Below, piece after piece: positions 51,701 to 64,000 of a stretch of 64,000 nucleotides of DNA. The notes below the pieces were generated by a model, which saw only the letters and a program-made list of their open reading frames with translations, ran no database searches and had not been told where the DNA came from. Location: NCBI GenBank assembly GCA_965235115.1, contig OZ249436.1:2544001-2608000 (forward strand), given 5' to 3'. Positions within the stretch are counted from its first letter, which is position 1, and every line of letters begins with the position of its first letter. A program made the translations under genes and the position numbers. Source of the stretch: Laetmonice hystrix (lineage: Eukaryota).

Positions 51701-54700
51701 TACGCCTTTTCTATATCAGAAATCCCATCCCCAAGTAACAAACAAACAAAGGAAGGTTACCGAGATTTTGCCGGCAAGAAACACCAGGGTGCAGCACAAC
51801 TGCACTGAAGCGGAGGGGGGGGGGTCCCCGACTGCACTGCTACCTTGCGGCTAGCGGTGGAATCACCACGTACTGGCAGGCACCTGCGGCTCTGAGGCGA
51901 GAGACAGGTTAAGGCAATGATAAGCGAAAAATGGCTACATTTTTGATGCGTCAAATTGAAACTAAGCGTCCCAAAATTATGATTCTTAGGCCAGATGTAC
52001 GACTGTCAAACGTATAGGTCTCGTACGTTCGCTACAGGTATACGGTTGTGATGTGTACACTTCGCATTTGAGTATCTTCTCCAGATGTTAACATTAGATG
52101 CTCCTCGCCTGTACCTTTCATTTCCACTACCTCACTGTAGTGTTTGCACCTTTCATTAGGCCAGCCGGTAAGATTTAACGATTTTCCACTCTACTGGTTG
52201 GCCTTCCCCACTGCTTGGCCCCACAGCATACTGTTTGGCCTCACTGTAGGCCTACTCTTTGGCCTCACTGTAGTGTTCGCTTGGGTGCTAGGCCAGACGG
52301 TATACCTTGTAGCCATTCCTCCCTGTACTGTTTGGTCTTCCTCTACCGTTTGCTTGTATACAAGGGTAGCCAGTAGTATAGGGACGCCTCATGTTTCATG
52401 TTTCCATGCCTTTATTGTCCAGGACGAAGGCCATCCGTTTCGTCTATCATCTACTCCCATCTAATCTATGTCCCCCACAGACCATCTGTAAGCATCCGAC
52501 AACGTTGTCAGGTCGTCCCAATGACTGTTTGCCGTAAAGCTTTAGTTAACAATGGAAAATGACGTTGTACGCCTTTTCTATATCAGATATCCCATCCCCA
52601 AGTAACAAACAAACAAAGGAAGGTTACCGAGATTTTGCAGGCAAGAAACACCAGGGTGCAGCACAACTGCACCGAAGCGGGGGGGGGTCTCCGACTGCAC
52701 TGCTACCTTCCGGCTAGCGGTGGAATCACCACGTACTGGCAGGCACCTCTGGCTCTGAGGCGAGAGACAGGTTAAGGCAATGCGAAAAATGCGAATAAGC
52801 GAAAAATGGCTACATTTTTGATGCGTCAAATTGAAACTAAGCCCCCCAAAATTATTATTCTTAGGCCAGATGTACGACTGTCAAACGTATAGGTCTCGTA
52901 CGTTCGCTACAGATATATGGTTGTGATGTGTACACTTCGCATTTGAGTATCTTCTCCAGATGTTAACATTAGATGCTCCTCGCCTGTACCTTTCATTTCC
53001 ACTACCTCACTGTAGTGTTTGCATGGGTACTAGGCCAGCCGGTAAGATTTAATTATTTCTCACTCTACTGGTTGGCCTTCCCCACTGCTTGGCCCCACAG
53101 TGTACTGTTTGGCCTCACTGTAGGCCTACTCTTTGGCCTCACTGTAGTGTTCGCTTGGGTGCTAGGCCAGACAGTATACTTTGTAGCGATTCCTCCCTTA
53201 CTGTTTGGTCTTCCTCTACCGTTTGCTTGTATACAAGAGTAGCCAGTAGTATAGGGACGCCTCATGTTTCATGTTTCCATGCCTTTATTGTCCAGGAGGA
53301 AGGCCATCCGTTTCGTCTATCAATTACTCCCATCTAATCTATGTCCCCTCCAGACCATCTGTAAGCGTCCGACAACGTTGTCAGGTCGTCCCAATGACTG
53401 TTTGCCGTAAAGCTTTAGTTAACAATGGAAAATGACGTTGTACGCCTTTTCTATATCAGAAATCCCATCCCCAAGTAACAAACAAACAAAGGAAGGTTAC
53501 CGAGATTTTGCCGGCAAGAAACACCAGGGTGCAGCACAACTGCACTGAAGCGGAGGGGGGGGGGTCCCCGACTGCACTGCTACCTTGCGGCTAGCGGTGG
53601 AATCACCACGTACTGGCAGGCACCTGCGGCTCTGAGGCGAGAGACAGGTTAAGGCAATGATAAGCGAAAAATGGCTACATTTTTGATGCGTCAAATTGAA
53701 ACTAAGCGTCCCAAAATTATGATTCTTAGGCCAGATGTACGACTGTCAAACGTATAGGTCTCGTACGTTCGCTACAGGTATACGGTTGTGATGTGTACAC
53801 TTCGCATTTGAGTATCTTCTCCAGATGTTAACATTAGATGCTCCTCGCCTGTACCTTTCATTTCCACTACCTCACTGTAGTGTTTGCACCTTTCATTAGG
53901 CCAGCCGGTAAGATTTAACGATTTTCCACTCTACTGGTTGGCCTTCCCCACTGCTTGGCCCCACAGCATACTGTTTGGCCTCACTGTAGGCCTACTCTTT
54001 GGCCTCACTGTAGTGTTCGCTTGGGTGCTAGGCCAGACAGTATACCTTGTAGCCATTCCTCCCTGTACTGTTTGGTCTTCCTCTACCGTTTGCTTGTATA
54101 CAAGAGTAGCCAGTAGTATAGGGACGCCTCATGTTTCATGTTTCCATGCCTTTATTGTCCAGGACGAAGGCCATCCGTTTCGTCTATCATCTACTCCCAT
54201 CTAATCTATGTCCCCGACAGACCATCTGTAAGCATCCGACAACGTTGTCAGGTCGTCCCAATGACTGTTTGCCGTAAAGCTTTAGTTAACAATGGAAAAT
54301 GACGTTGTACGCCTTTTCTATATCAGATATCCCATCCCCAAGTAACAAACAAACAAAGGAAGGTTACCGAGATTTTGCAGGCAAGAAACACCAGGGTGCA
54401 GCACAACTGCACCGAAGCGGGGGGGGGGGGTCTCCGACTGCACTGCTACCTTCCGGCTAGCGGTGGAATCACCACGTACTGGCAGGCACCTGTGGCTCTG
54501 AGGCGAGAGACAGGTTAAGGCAATGATAAGCGAAAAATGGCTACATTTTTTTTGCGTCAAATTGAAACTAAGCCCCCCAAAATTATTATTCTTAGGCCAG
54601 ATGTACGACTGTCAAACGTATAGGTCTCGTACGTTCGCTACAGATATATGGTTGTGATGTGTACACTTCGCATTTGAGTATCTTCTCCAGATGTTAACAT

Positions 54701-57700
54701 TAGATGCTCCTCGCCTGTACCTTTCATTTCCACTACCTCACTGTAGTGTTTGCATGGGTACTAGGCCAGCCGGTAAGATTTAATTATTTCTCACTCTACT
54801 GGTTGGCCTTCCCCACTGCTTGGCCCCACAGTGTACTGTTTGGCCTCACTGTAGGCCTACTCTTTGGCCTCACTGTAGTGTTCGCTTGGGTGCTAGGCCA
54901 GACAGTATACTTTGTAGCGATTCCTCCCTTACTGTTTGGTCTTCCTCTACCGTTTGCTTGTATACAAGAGTAGCCAGTAGTATAGGGACGCCTCATGTTT
55001 CATGTTTCCATGCCTTTATTGTCCAGGAGGAAGGCCATCCGTTTCGTCTATCAATTACTCCCATCTAATCTATGTCCCCTCCAGACCATCTGTAAGCGTC
55101 CGACAACGTTGTCAGGTCGTCCCAATGACTGTTTGCCGTAAAGCTTTAGTTAACAATGGAAACTGACGTTGTACGCCTTTTCTATATCAGAAATCCCATC
55201 CCCAAGTAACAAACAAACAAAGGAAGGTTACCGAGATTTTGCCGGCAAGAAACACCAGGGTGCAGCACAACTGCACTGAAGCGGAGGGGGGGGGGGGTCC
55301 CCGACTGCACTGCTACCTTGCGGCTAGCGGTGGAATCACCACGTACTGGCAGGCACCTGCGGCTCTGAGGCGAGAGACAGGTTAAGGCAATGATAAGCGA
55401 AAAATGGCTACATTTTTGATGCGTCAAATTGAAACTAAGCGTCCCAAAATTATGATTCTTAGGCCAGATGTACGACTGTCAAACGTATAGGTCTCGTACG
55501 TTCGCTACAGGTATACGGTTGTGATGTGTACACTTCGCATTTGAGTATCTTCTCCAGATGTTAACATTAGATGCTCCTCGCCTGTACCTTTCATTTCCAC
55601 TACCTCACTGTAGTGTTTGCACCTTTCATTAGGCCAGCCGGTAAGATTTAACGATTTTCCACTCTACTGGTTGGCCTTCCCCACTGCTTGGCCCCACAGC
55701 ATACTGTTTGGCCTCACTGTAGGCCTACTCTTTGGCCTCACTGTAGTGTTCGCTTGGGTGCTAGGCCAGACGGTATACCTTGTAGCCATTCCTCCCTGTA
55801 CTGTTTGGTCTTCCTCTACCGTTTGCTTGTATACAAGGGTAGCCAGTAGTATAGGGACGCCTCATGTTTCATGTTTCCATGCCTTTATTGTCCAGGACGA
55901 AGGCCATCCGTTTCGTCTATCATCTACTCCCATCTAATCTATGTCCCCCACAGACCATCTGTAAGCATCCGACAACGTTGTCAGGTCGTCCCAATGACTG
56001 TTTGCCGTAAAGCTTTAGTTAACAATGGAAAATGACGTTGTACGCCTTTTCTATATCAGATATCCCATCCCCAAGTAACAAACAAACAAAGGAAGGTTAC
56101 CGAGATTTTGCAGGCAAGAAACACCAGGGTGCAGCACAACTGCACCGAAGCGGGGGGGGGGGGGTCTCCGACTGCACTGCTACCTTCCGGCTAGCGGTGG
56201 AATCACCACGTACTGGCAGGCACCTATGGGTCTGAGGCGAGAGACAGGCTAAGGCAATGCGAAAAATGCGAATAAGCGAAAAATGGCTACATTTTTGATG
56301 CGTCAAATTGAAACTAAGCCTCCCAAAATTATGATTCTTAGGCCAGATGTACGACTGTCAAACGTATAGGTCTCGTACGTTCGCTACAGATATATGGTTG
56401 TGATGTGTACACTTCCCATTTGAGCATGTTCTCCAGATTTTAACATTAGATGCTCCTCGCCTGTACCTTTCATTTCCACTACCTCACTGTAGTGTTTGCA
56501 CCTTTCATTAGGCCAGCCGGTAAGATTTAACGATTTTCCACTCTACTGGTTGGCCTTCCCCACTGCTTGGCCCCACAGCATACTGTTTGGCCTCACTGTA
56601 GGCCTACTCTTTGGCCTCACTGTAGTGTTCGCTTGGGTGCTAGGCCAGACAGTATACCTTGTAGCCATTCCTCCCTGTACTGTTTGGTCTTCCTCTACCG
56701 TTTGCTTGTATACAAGAGTAGCCAGTAGTATAGGGACGCCTCATGTTTCATGTTTCCATGCCTTTATTGTCCAGGACGAAGGCCATCCGTTTCGTCTATC
56801 ATCTACTCCCATCTAATCTATGTCCCCGACAGACCATCTGTAAGCATCCGACAACGTTGTCAGGTCGTCCCAATGACTGTTTGCCGTAAAGCTTTAGTTA
56901 ACAATGGAAAATGACGTTGTACGCCTTTTCTATATCAGATATCCCATCCCCAAGTAACAAACAAACAAAGGAAGGTTACCGAGATTTTGCAGGCAAGAAA
57001 CACCAGGGTGCAGCACAACTGCACCGAAGCGGGGGGGGGGGGGTCTCCGACTGCACTGCTACCTTCCGGCTAGCGGTGGAATCACCACGTACTGGCAGGC
57101 ACCTGTGGCTCTGAGGCGAGAGACAGGTTAAGGCAATGATAAGCGAAAAATGGCTACATTTTTTTTGCGTCAAATTGAAACTAAGCCCCCCAAAATTATT
57201 ATTCTTAGGCCAGATGTACGACTGTCAAACGTATAGGTCTCGTACGTTCGCTACAGATATATGGTTGTGATGTGTACACTTCGCATTTGAGTATCTTCTC
57301 CAGATGTTAACATTAGATGCTCCTCGCCTGTACCTTTCATTTCCACTACCTCACTGTAGTGTTTGCATGGGTACTAGGCCAGCCGGTAAGATTTAATTAT
57401 TTCTCACTCTACTGGTTGGCCTTCCCCACTGCTTGGCCCCACAGTGTACTGTTTGGCCTCACTGTAGGCCTACTCTTTGGCCTCACTGTAGTGTTCGCTT
57501 GGGTGCTAGGCCAGACAGTATACTTTGTAGCGATTCCTCCCTTACTGTTTGGTCTTCCTCTACCGTTTGCTTGTATACAAGAGTAGCCAGTAGTATAGGG
57601 ACGCCTCATGTTTCATGTTTCCATGCCTTTATTGTCCAGGAGGAAGGCCATCCGTTTCGTCTATCAATTACTCCCATCTAATCTATGTCCCCTCCAGACC

Positions 57701-60630
57701 ATCTGTAAGCGTCCGACAACGTTGTCAGGTCGTCCCAATGACTGTTTGCCGTAAAGCTTTAGTTAACAATGGAAACTGACGTTGTACGCCTTTTCTATAT
57801 CAGAAATCCCATCCCCAAGTAACAAACAAACAAAGGAAGGTTACCGAGATTTTGCCGGCAAGAAACACCAGGGTGCAGCACAACTGCACTGAAGCGGAGG
57901 GGGGGGGGGTCCCCGACTGCACTGCTACCTTGCGGCTAGCGGTGGAATCACCACGTACTGGCAGGCACCTGCGGCTCTGAGGCGAGAGACAGGTTAAGGC
58001 AATGATAAGCGAAAAATGGCTACATTTTTGATGCGTCAAATTGAAACTAAGCGTCCCAAAATTATGATTCTTAGGCCAGATGTACGACTGTCAAACGTAT
58101 AGGTCTCGTACGTTCGCTACAGGTATACGGTTGTGATGTGTACACTTCGCATTTGAGTATCTTCTCCAGATGTTAACATTAGATGCTCCTCGCCTGTACC
58201 TTTCATTTCCACTACCTCACTGTAGTGTTTGCACCTTTCATTAGGCCAGCCGGTAAGATTTAACGATTTTCCACTCTACTGGTTGGCCTTCCCCACTGCT
58301 TGGCCCCACAGCATACTGTTTGGCCTCACTGTAGGCCTACTCTTTGGCCTCACTGTAGTGTTCGCTTGGGTGCTAGGCCAGACGGTATACCTTGTAGCCA
58401 TTCCTCCCTGTACTGTTTGGTCTTCCTCTACCGTTTGCTTGTATACAAGGGTAGCCAGTAGTATAGGGACGCCTCATGTTTCATGTTTCCATGCCTTTAT
58501 TGTCCAGGACGAAGGCCATCCGTTTCGTCTATCATCTACTCCCATCTAATCTATGTCCCCCACAGACCATCTGTAAGCATCCGACAACGTTGTCAGGTCG
58601 TCCCAATGACTGTTTGCCGTAAAGCTTTAGTTAACAATGGAAAATGACGTTGTACGCCTTTTCTATATCAGATATCCCATCCCCAAGTAACAAACAAACA
58701 AAGGAAGGTTACCGAGATTTTGCAGGCAAGAAACACCAGGGTGCAGCACAACTGCACCGAAGCGGGGGGGGGGGTCTCCGACTGCACTGCTACCTTCCGG
58801 CTAGCGGTGGAATCACCACGTACTGGCAGGCACCTATGGCTCTGAGGCGAGAGACAGGTTAAGGCAATGCGAAAAATGCGAATAAGCGAAAAATGGCTAC
58901 ATTTTTGATGCGTCAAATTGAAACTAAGCCTCCCAAAATTATGATTCTTAGGCCAGATGTACGACTGTCAAACGTATAGGTCTCGTACGTTCGCTACAGA
59001 TATATGGTTGTGATGTGTACACTTCCCATTTGAGCATGTTCTCCAGATTTTAACATTAGATGCTCCTCGCCTGTACCTTTCATTTCCACTACCTCACTGT
59101 AGTGTTTGCACCTTTCATTAGGCCAGCCGGTAAGATTTAACGATTTTCCACTCTACTGGTTGGCCTTCCCCACTGCTTGGCCCCACAGCATACTGTTTGG
59201 CCTCACTGTAGGCCTACTCTTTGGCCTCACTGTAGTGTTCGCTTGGGTGCTAGGCCAGACAGTATACCTTGTAGCCATTCCTCCCTGTACTGTTTGGTCT
59301 TCCTCTACCGTTTGCTTGTATACAAGAGTAGCCAGTAGTATAGGGACGCCTCATGTTTCATGTTTCCATGCCTTTATTGTCCAGGACGAAGGCCATCCGT
59401 TTCGTCTATCATCTACTCCCATCTAATCTATGTCCCCCACAGACCATCTGTAAGCATCCGACAACGTTGTCAGGTCGTCCCAATGACTGTTTGCCGTAAA
59501 GCTTTAGTTAACAATGGAAAATGACGTTGTACGCCTTTTCTATATCAGATATCCCATCCCCAAGTAACAAACAAACAAAGGAAGGTTACCGAGATTTTGC
59601 AGGCAAGAAACACCAGGGTGCAGCACAACTGCACCGAAGCGGGGGGGGGGGGGGTCTCCGACTGCACTGCTACCTTCCGGCTAGCGGTGGAATCACCACG
59701 TACTGGCAGGCACCTGTGGCTCTGAGGCGAGAGACAGGTTAAGGCAATGATAAGCGAAAAATGGCTACATTTTTTTTGCGTCAAATTGAAACTAAGCCCC
59801 CCAAAATTATTATTCTTAGGCCAGATGTACGACTGTCAAACGTATAGGTCTCGTACGTTCGCTACAGATATATGGTTGTGATGTGTACACTTCGCATTTG
59901 AGTATCTTCTCCAGATGTTAACATTAGATGCTCCTCGCCTGTACCTTTCATTTCCACTACCTCACTGTAGTGTTTGCATGGGTACTAGGCCAGCCGGTAA
60001 GATTTAATTATTTCTCACTCTACTGGTTGGCCTTCCCCACTGCTTGGCCCCACAGTGTACTGATTGGCCTCACTGTAGGCCTACTCTTTGGCCTCACTGT
60101 AGTGTTCGCTTGGGTGCTAGGCCAGACAGTATACTTTGTAGCGATTCCTCCCTTACTGTTTGGTCTTCCTCTACCGTTTGCTTGTATACAAGAGTAGCCA
60201 GTAGTATAGGGACGCCTCATGTTTCATGTTTCCATGCCTTTATTGTCCAGGAGAAAGGCCATCCGTTTCGTCTATCAATTACTCCCATCTAATCTATGTC
60301 CCCTCCAGACCATCTGTAAGCGTCCGACAACGTTGTCAGGTCGTCCCAATGACTGTTTGCCGTAAAGCTTTAGTTAACGATGGAAACTGACGTTGTACGC
60401 CTTTTCTATATCAGAAATCCCATCCCCAAGTAACAAACAAACAAAGGAAGGTTACCGAGATTTTGCCGGCAAGAAACACCAGGGTGCAGCACAACTGCAC
60501 TGAAGCGGAGGGGGGGGGGTCCCCGACTGCACTGCTACCTTGCGGCTAGCGGTGGAATCACCACGTACTGGCAGGCACCTGCGGCTCTGAGGCGAGAGAC
60601 AGGTTAAGGCAATGATAAGCGAAAAATGGC
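39762..60630. repeat. HOR domain 4: C alternating with one or two D-type monomers; no A or B
   Basis: 24 full-length monomers. All ten C copies carry the private allele TTTAATTATTTC (FNY in the ORF track, 40795 to 59928). Confidence 0.92.
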
Positions 60631-63600
60631 TACATTTTTGATGCGTCAAATTGAAACTAAGCGTCCCAAAATTATGATTCTTAGGCCAGATGTACGACTG
60701 TCAAACGTATAGGTCTCGTACGTTCGCTACAGGTATACGGTTGTGATGTGTACACTTCGCATTTGAGTATCTTCTCCAGATGTTAACATTAGATGCTCCT
60801 CGCCTGTACCTTTCATTTCCACTACCTCACTGTAGTGTTTGCACCTTTCATTAGGCCAGCCGGTAAGATTTAACGATTTTCCACTCTACTGGTTGGCCTT
60901 CCCCACTGCTTGGCCCCACAGCATACTGTTTGGCCTCACTGTAGGCCTACTCTTTGGCCTCACTGTAGTGTTCGCTTGGGTGCTAGGCCAGACGGTATAC
61001 CTTGTAGCCATTCCTCCCTGTACTGTTTGGTCTTCCTCTACCGTTTGCTTGTATACAAGGGTAGCCAGTAGTATAGGGACGCCTCATGTTTCATGTTTCC
61101 ATGCCTTTATTGTCCAGGACGAAGGCCATCCGTTTCGTCTATCATCTACTCCCATCTAATCTATGTCCCCCACAGACCATCTGTAAGCATCCGACAACGT
61201 TGTCAGGTCGTCCCAATGACTGTTTGCCGTAAAGCTTTAGTTAACAATGGAAAATGACGTTGTACGCCTTTTCTATATCAGATATCCCATCCCCAAGTAA
61301 CAAACAAACAAAGGAAGGTTACCGAGATTTTGCAGGCAAGAAACACCAGGGTGCAGCACAACTGCACCGAAGCGGGGGGGGGGTCTCCGACTGCACTGCT
61401 ACCTTCCGGCTAGCGGTGGAATCACCACGTACTGGCAGGCACCTATGGCTCTGAGGCGAGAGACAGGTTAAGGCAATGATAAGCGAAAAATGGCTACATT
61501 TTTGATGCGTCAAATTGAAACTAAGCCTCCCAAAATTATGATTCTTAGGCCAGATGTACGACTGTCAAACGTATAGGTCTCGTACGTTCGCTACAGATAT
61601 ATGGTTGTGATGTGTACACTTCCCATTTGAGCATGTTCTCCAGATTTTAACATTAGATGCTCCTCGCCTGTACCTTTCATTTCCACTACCTCACTGTAGT
61701 GTTTGCACCTTTCATTAGGCCAGCCGGTAAGATTTAACGATTTTCCACTCTACTGGTTGGCCTTCCACACTGCTTGGCCCCACAGCATACTGTTTGGCCT
61801 CACTGTAGGCCTACTCTTTGGCCTCACTGTAGTGTTCGCTTGGGTGCTAGGCCAGACAGTATACCTTGTAGCCATTCCTCCCTGTACTGTTTGGTCTTCC
61901 TCTACCGTTTGCTTGTATACAAGAGTAGCCAGTAGTATAGGGACGCCTCATGTTTCATGTTTCCATGCCTTTATTGTCCAGGACGAAGGCCATCCGTTTC
62001 GTCTATCATCTACTCCCATCTAATCTATGTCCCCCACAGACCATCTGTAAGCATCCGACAACGTTGTCAGGTCGTCCCAATGACTGTTTGCCGTAAAGCT
62101 TTAGTTAACAATGGAAAATGACGTTGTACGCCTTTTCTATATCAGATATCCCATCCCCAAGTAACAAACAAACAAAGGAAGGTTACCGAGATTTTGCAGG
62201 CAAGAAACACCAGGGTGCAGCACAACTGCACCGAAGCGGGGGGGGGGGTCTCCGACTGCACTGCTACCTTCCGGCTAGCGGTGGAATCACCACGTACTGG
62301 CAGGCACCTATGGCTCTGAGGCGAGAGACAGGTTAAGGCAATGATAAGCGAAAAATGGCTACATTTTTTATGCGTCAAATTGAAACTAAGCCTCCCAAAA
62401 TTATGATTCTTAGGCCAGATGTACGACTGTCAAACGTATAGGTCTCGTACGTTCGCTACAGATATATGGTTGTGATGTGTACACTTCGCATTTGAGTATC
62501 TTCTCCAGATGTTAACATTAGATGCTCCTCGCCTGTACCTTTCATTTCCACTACCTCACTGTAGTGTTTGCACCTTTCATTAGGCCAGCCGGTAAGATTT
62601 AACGATTTTCCACTCTACTGGTTGGCCTTCCCCACTGCTTGGCCCCACAGCATACTGTTTGGCCTCACTGTAGGCCTACTCTTTGGCCTCACTGTAGTGT
62701 TCGCTTGGGTGCTAGGCCAGACAGTATACCTTGTAGCCATTCCTCCCTGTACTGTTTGGTCTTCCTCTACCGTTTGCTTGTATACAAGAGTAGCCAGTAG
62801 TATAGGGACGCCTCATGTTTCATGTTTCCATGCCTTTATTGTCCAGGAGGAAGGCCATCCGTTTCGTCTATCAATTACTCCCATCTAATCTATGTCCCCT
62901 ACAGACCATCTGTAAGCGTCCGACAATGTTGTCAGGTCGTCCCAATGACTGTTTGCCGTAAGGCTTTAGTTAACAATGGAAAATGACGTTGTACGCCTTT
63001 TCTATATCAGATATCCCATCCCCAAGTAACAAACAAACAAAGGAAGGTTACCGAGATTTTGCAGGCAAGAAACACCAGGGTGCAGCACAACTGCACTGAA
63101 GCGGGGGGGGGGGCACTCCGACTGCACTGCTACCTTCCGGCTAGCGGTGGAATCACCACGTACTGGCAGGCACCTGTGGCTCTGAGGCGAGAGACAGGTT
63201 AAGGCAATGATAAGCGAAAAATGGCTACATTTTTGATGCGTCAAATTGAAACTAAGCGTCCCAAAATTATGATTCTTAAGCCAGATGTACGACTGTCAAA
63301 CATATAGGTCTCGTACGTTCGCTACAGCTATATGGTTCTGATGTGTACACCTCCCATTTGAGCATGTTCTCCAGATTTTAACATTACATGCTCCTCGCCT
63401 GTACCTTTCATTTCCACTACCTCACTGTAGTGTTTGCACCTTTCATTAGGCCAGTCGGTAAGATTTAAGGATTTCTCACTCTACTGGTTGGCCTTCCCCA
63501 CTGCTTGGCCCCACAGTGTACTGTTTGGCCTCACTGTAGGCCTACTCTTAGGCCTTACTGTAGTGTTTGCCGTAAAGCATTAGTTAACAATGGAAAATGA

Positions 63601-64000
63601 CGTTGTACGCCTTTTCTATATCAGATATCCCATCCCCATGTAACAAACAAACAAAGGAAGGTTACCGAGATTTTGCAGGCAAGAAACACCAGGGTGCAGC
63701 ACAACTGCACTGAAGGGGGGGGGGGTCTCCGACTGCACTGCTACCTTCCGGCTAGCGGTGGAATCACCACGTACTGGCAGGCACCTGTGGCTCTGAGGCG
63801 AGAGACAGGTTAAGGCAATGATAAGCGAAAAATGGCTACATTTTTTATGCGTCAAATTGAAACTAAGCTCCCCAAAATTATTATTCTTAGGCCAGATGTA
63901 CGACTGTCAAACGTATAGGTCTCGTACGTTCGCTACAGATATATGGTTGTGATGTGTACACTTCGCATTTGAGTATCTTCTCCAGATGTTAACATTAGAT
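60631..64000. repeat. Domain 5: D-D-A-B plus a partial monomer, returning to the domain 3 order
   Basis: A-type monomer at 62360-63225 and B monomer at 63226-63836. Confidence 0.88.

Larger units (their letters stand above)
1..64000. repeat. Tandem satellite/macrosatellite array, ~866-bp monomer, 77 complete copies plus one partial, all in the same orientation
   Basis: TACATTTT... recurs at 1, 869, 1482, 2348, 3226, 3838, 4704 ... 63226, 63837. The ORF track repeats at the same period. I saw no unique sequence, inversion or large insertion, and the array runs off both ends. Confidence 0.99.

Noticed and set aside
1..64000. CRISPR array, transposon array, or pure assembly/concatemer artefact
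   Set aside because: There are no unique spacers, and no transposase or RT ORF or terminal repeats. Shared, position-structured variants among monomers argue for a real evolved array, although exact copy number needs read validation.

Overview
The whole 64 kb window is one uninterrupted head-to-tail tandem array (complex satellite or macrosatellite), most likely eukaryotic. It holds 77 complete monomers plus a 164-bp partial one, phased at TACATTTT. Most monomers are about 864-882 bp. Twelve are about 611-615 bp because of one shared 252-bp internal deletion. Diagnostic substitutions sort the monomers into types: A, B (deleted), C, D, D+ (12-bp insertion) and D' (D/B recombinant). These form higher-order repeats (HORs) that change along the array: (B-C-D+)x3, then a D-only run, then eight A-B-C-(D)0-2 units, then a 21-kb domain of C and D-type monomers with no B, then a return to D-D-A-B. 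I see no credible protein-coding gene, rRNA, tRNA, CRISPR array or transposase; the ORF track only reflects the repeat. The monomer contains internal subrepeats, a variable poly-G tract, several palindromes and two hairpin-rich segments. A repeated structured RNA is a testable but unproven possibility. I cannot name the satellite family or the organism, and I found no well-supported novel system beyond the array's own evolutionary record.
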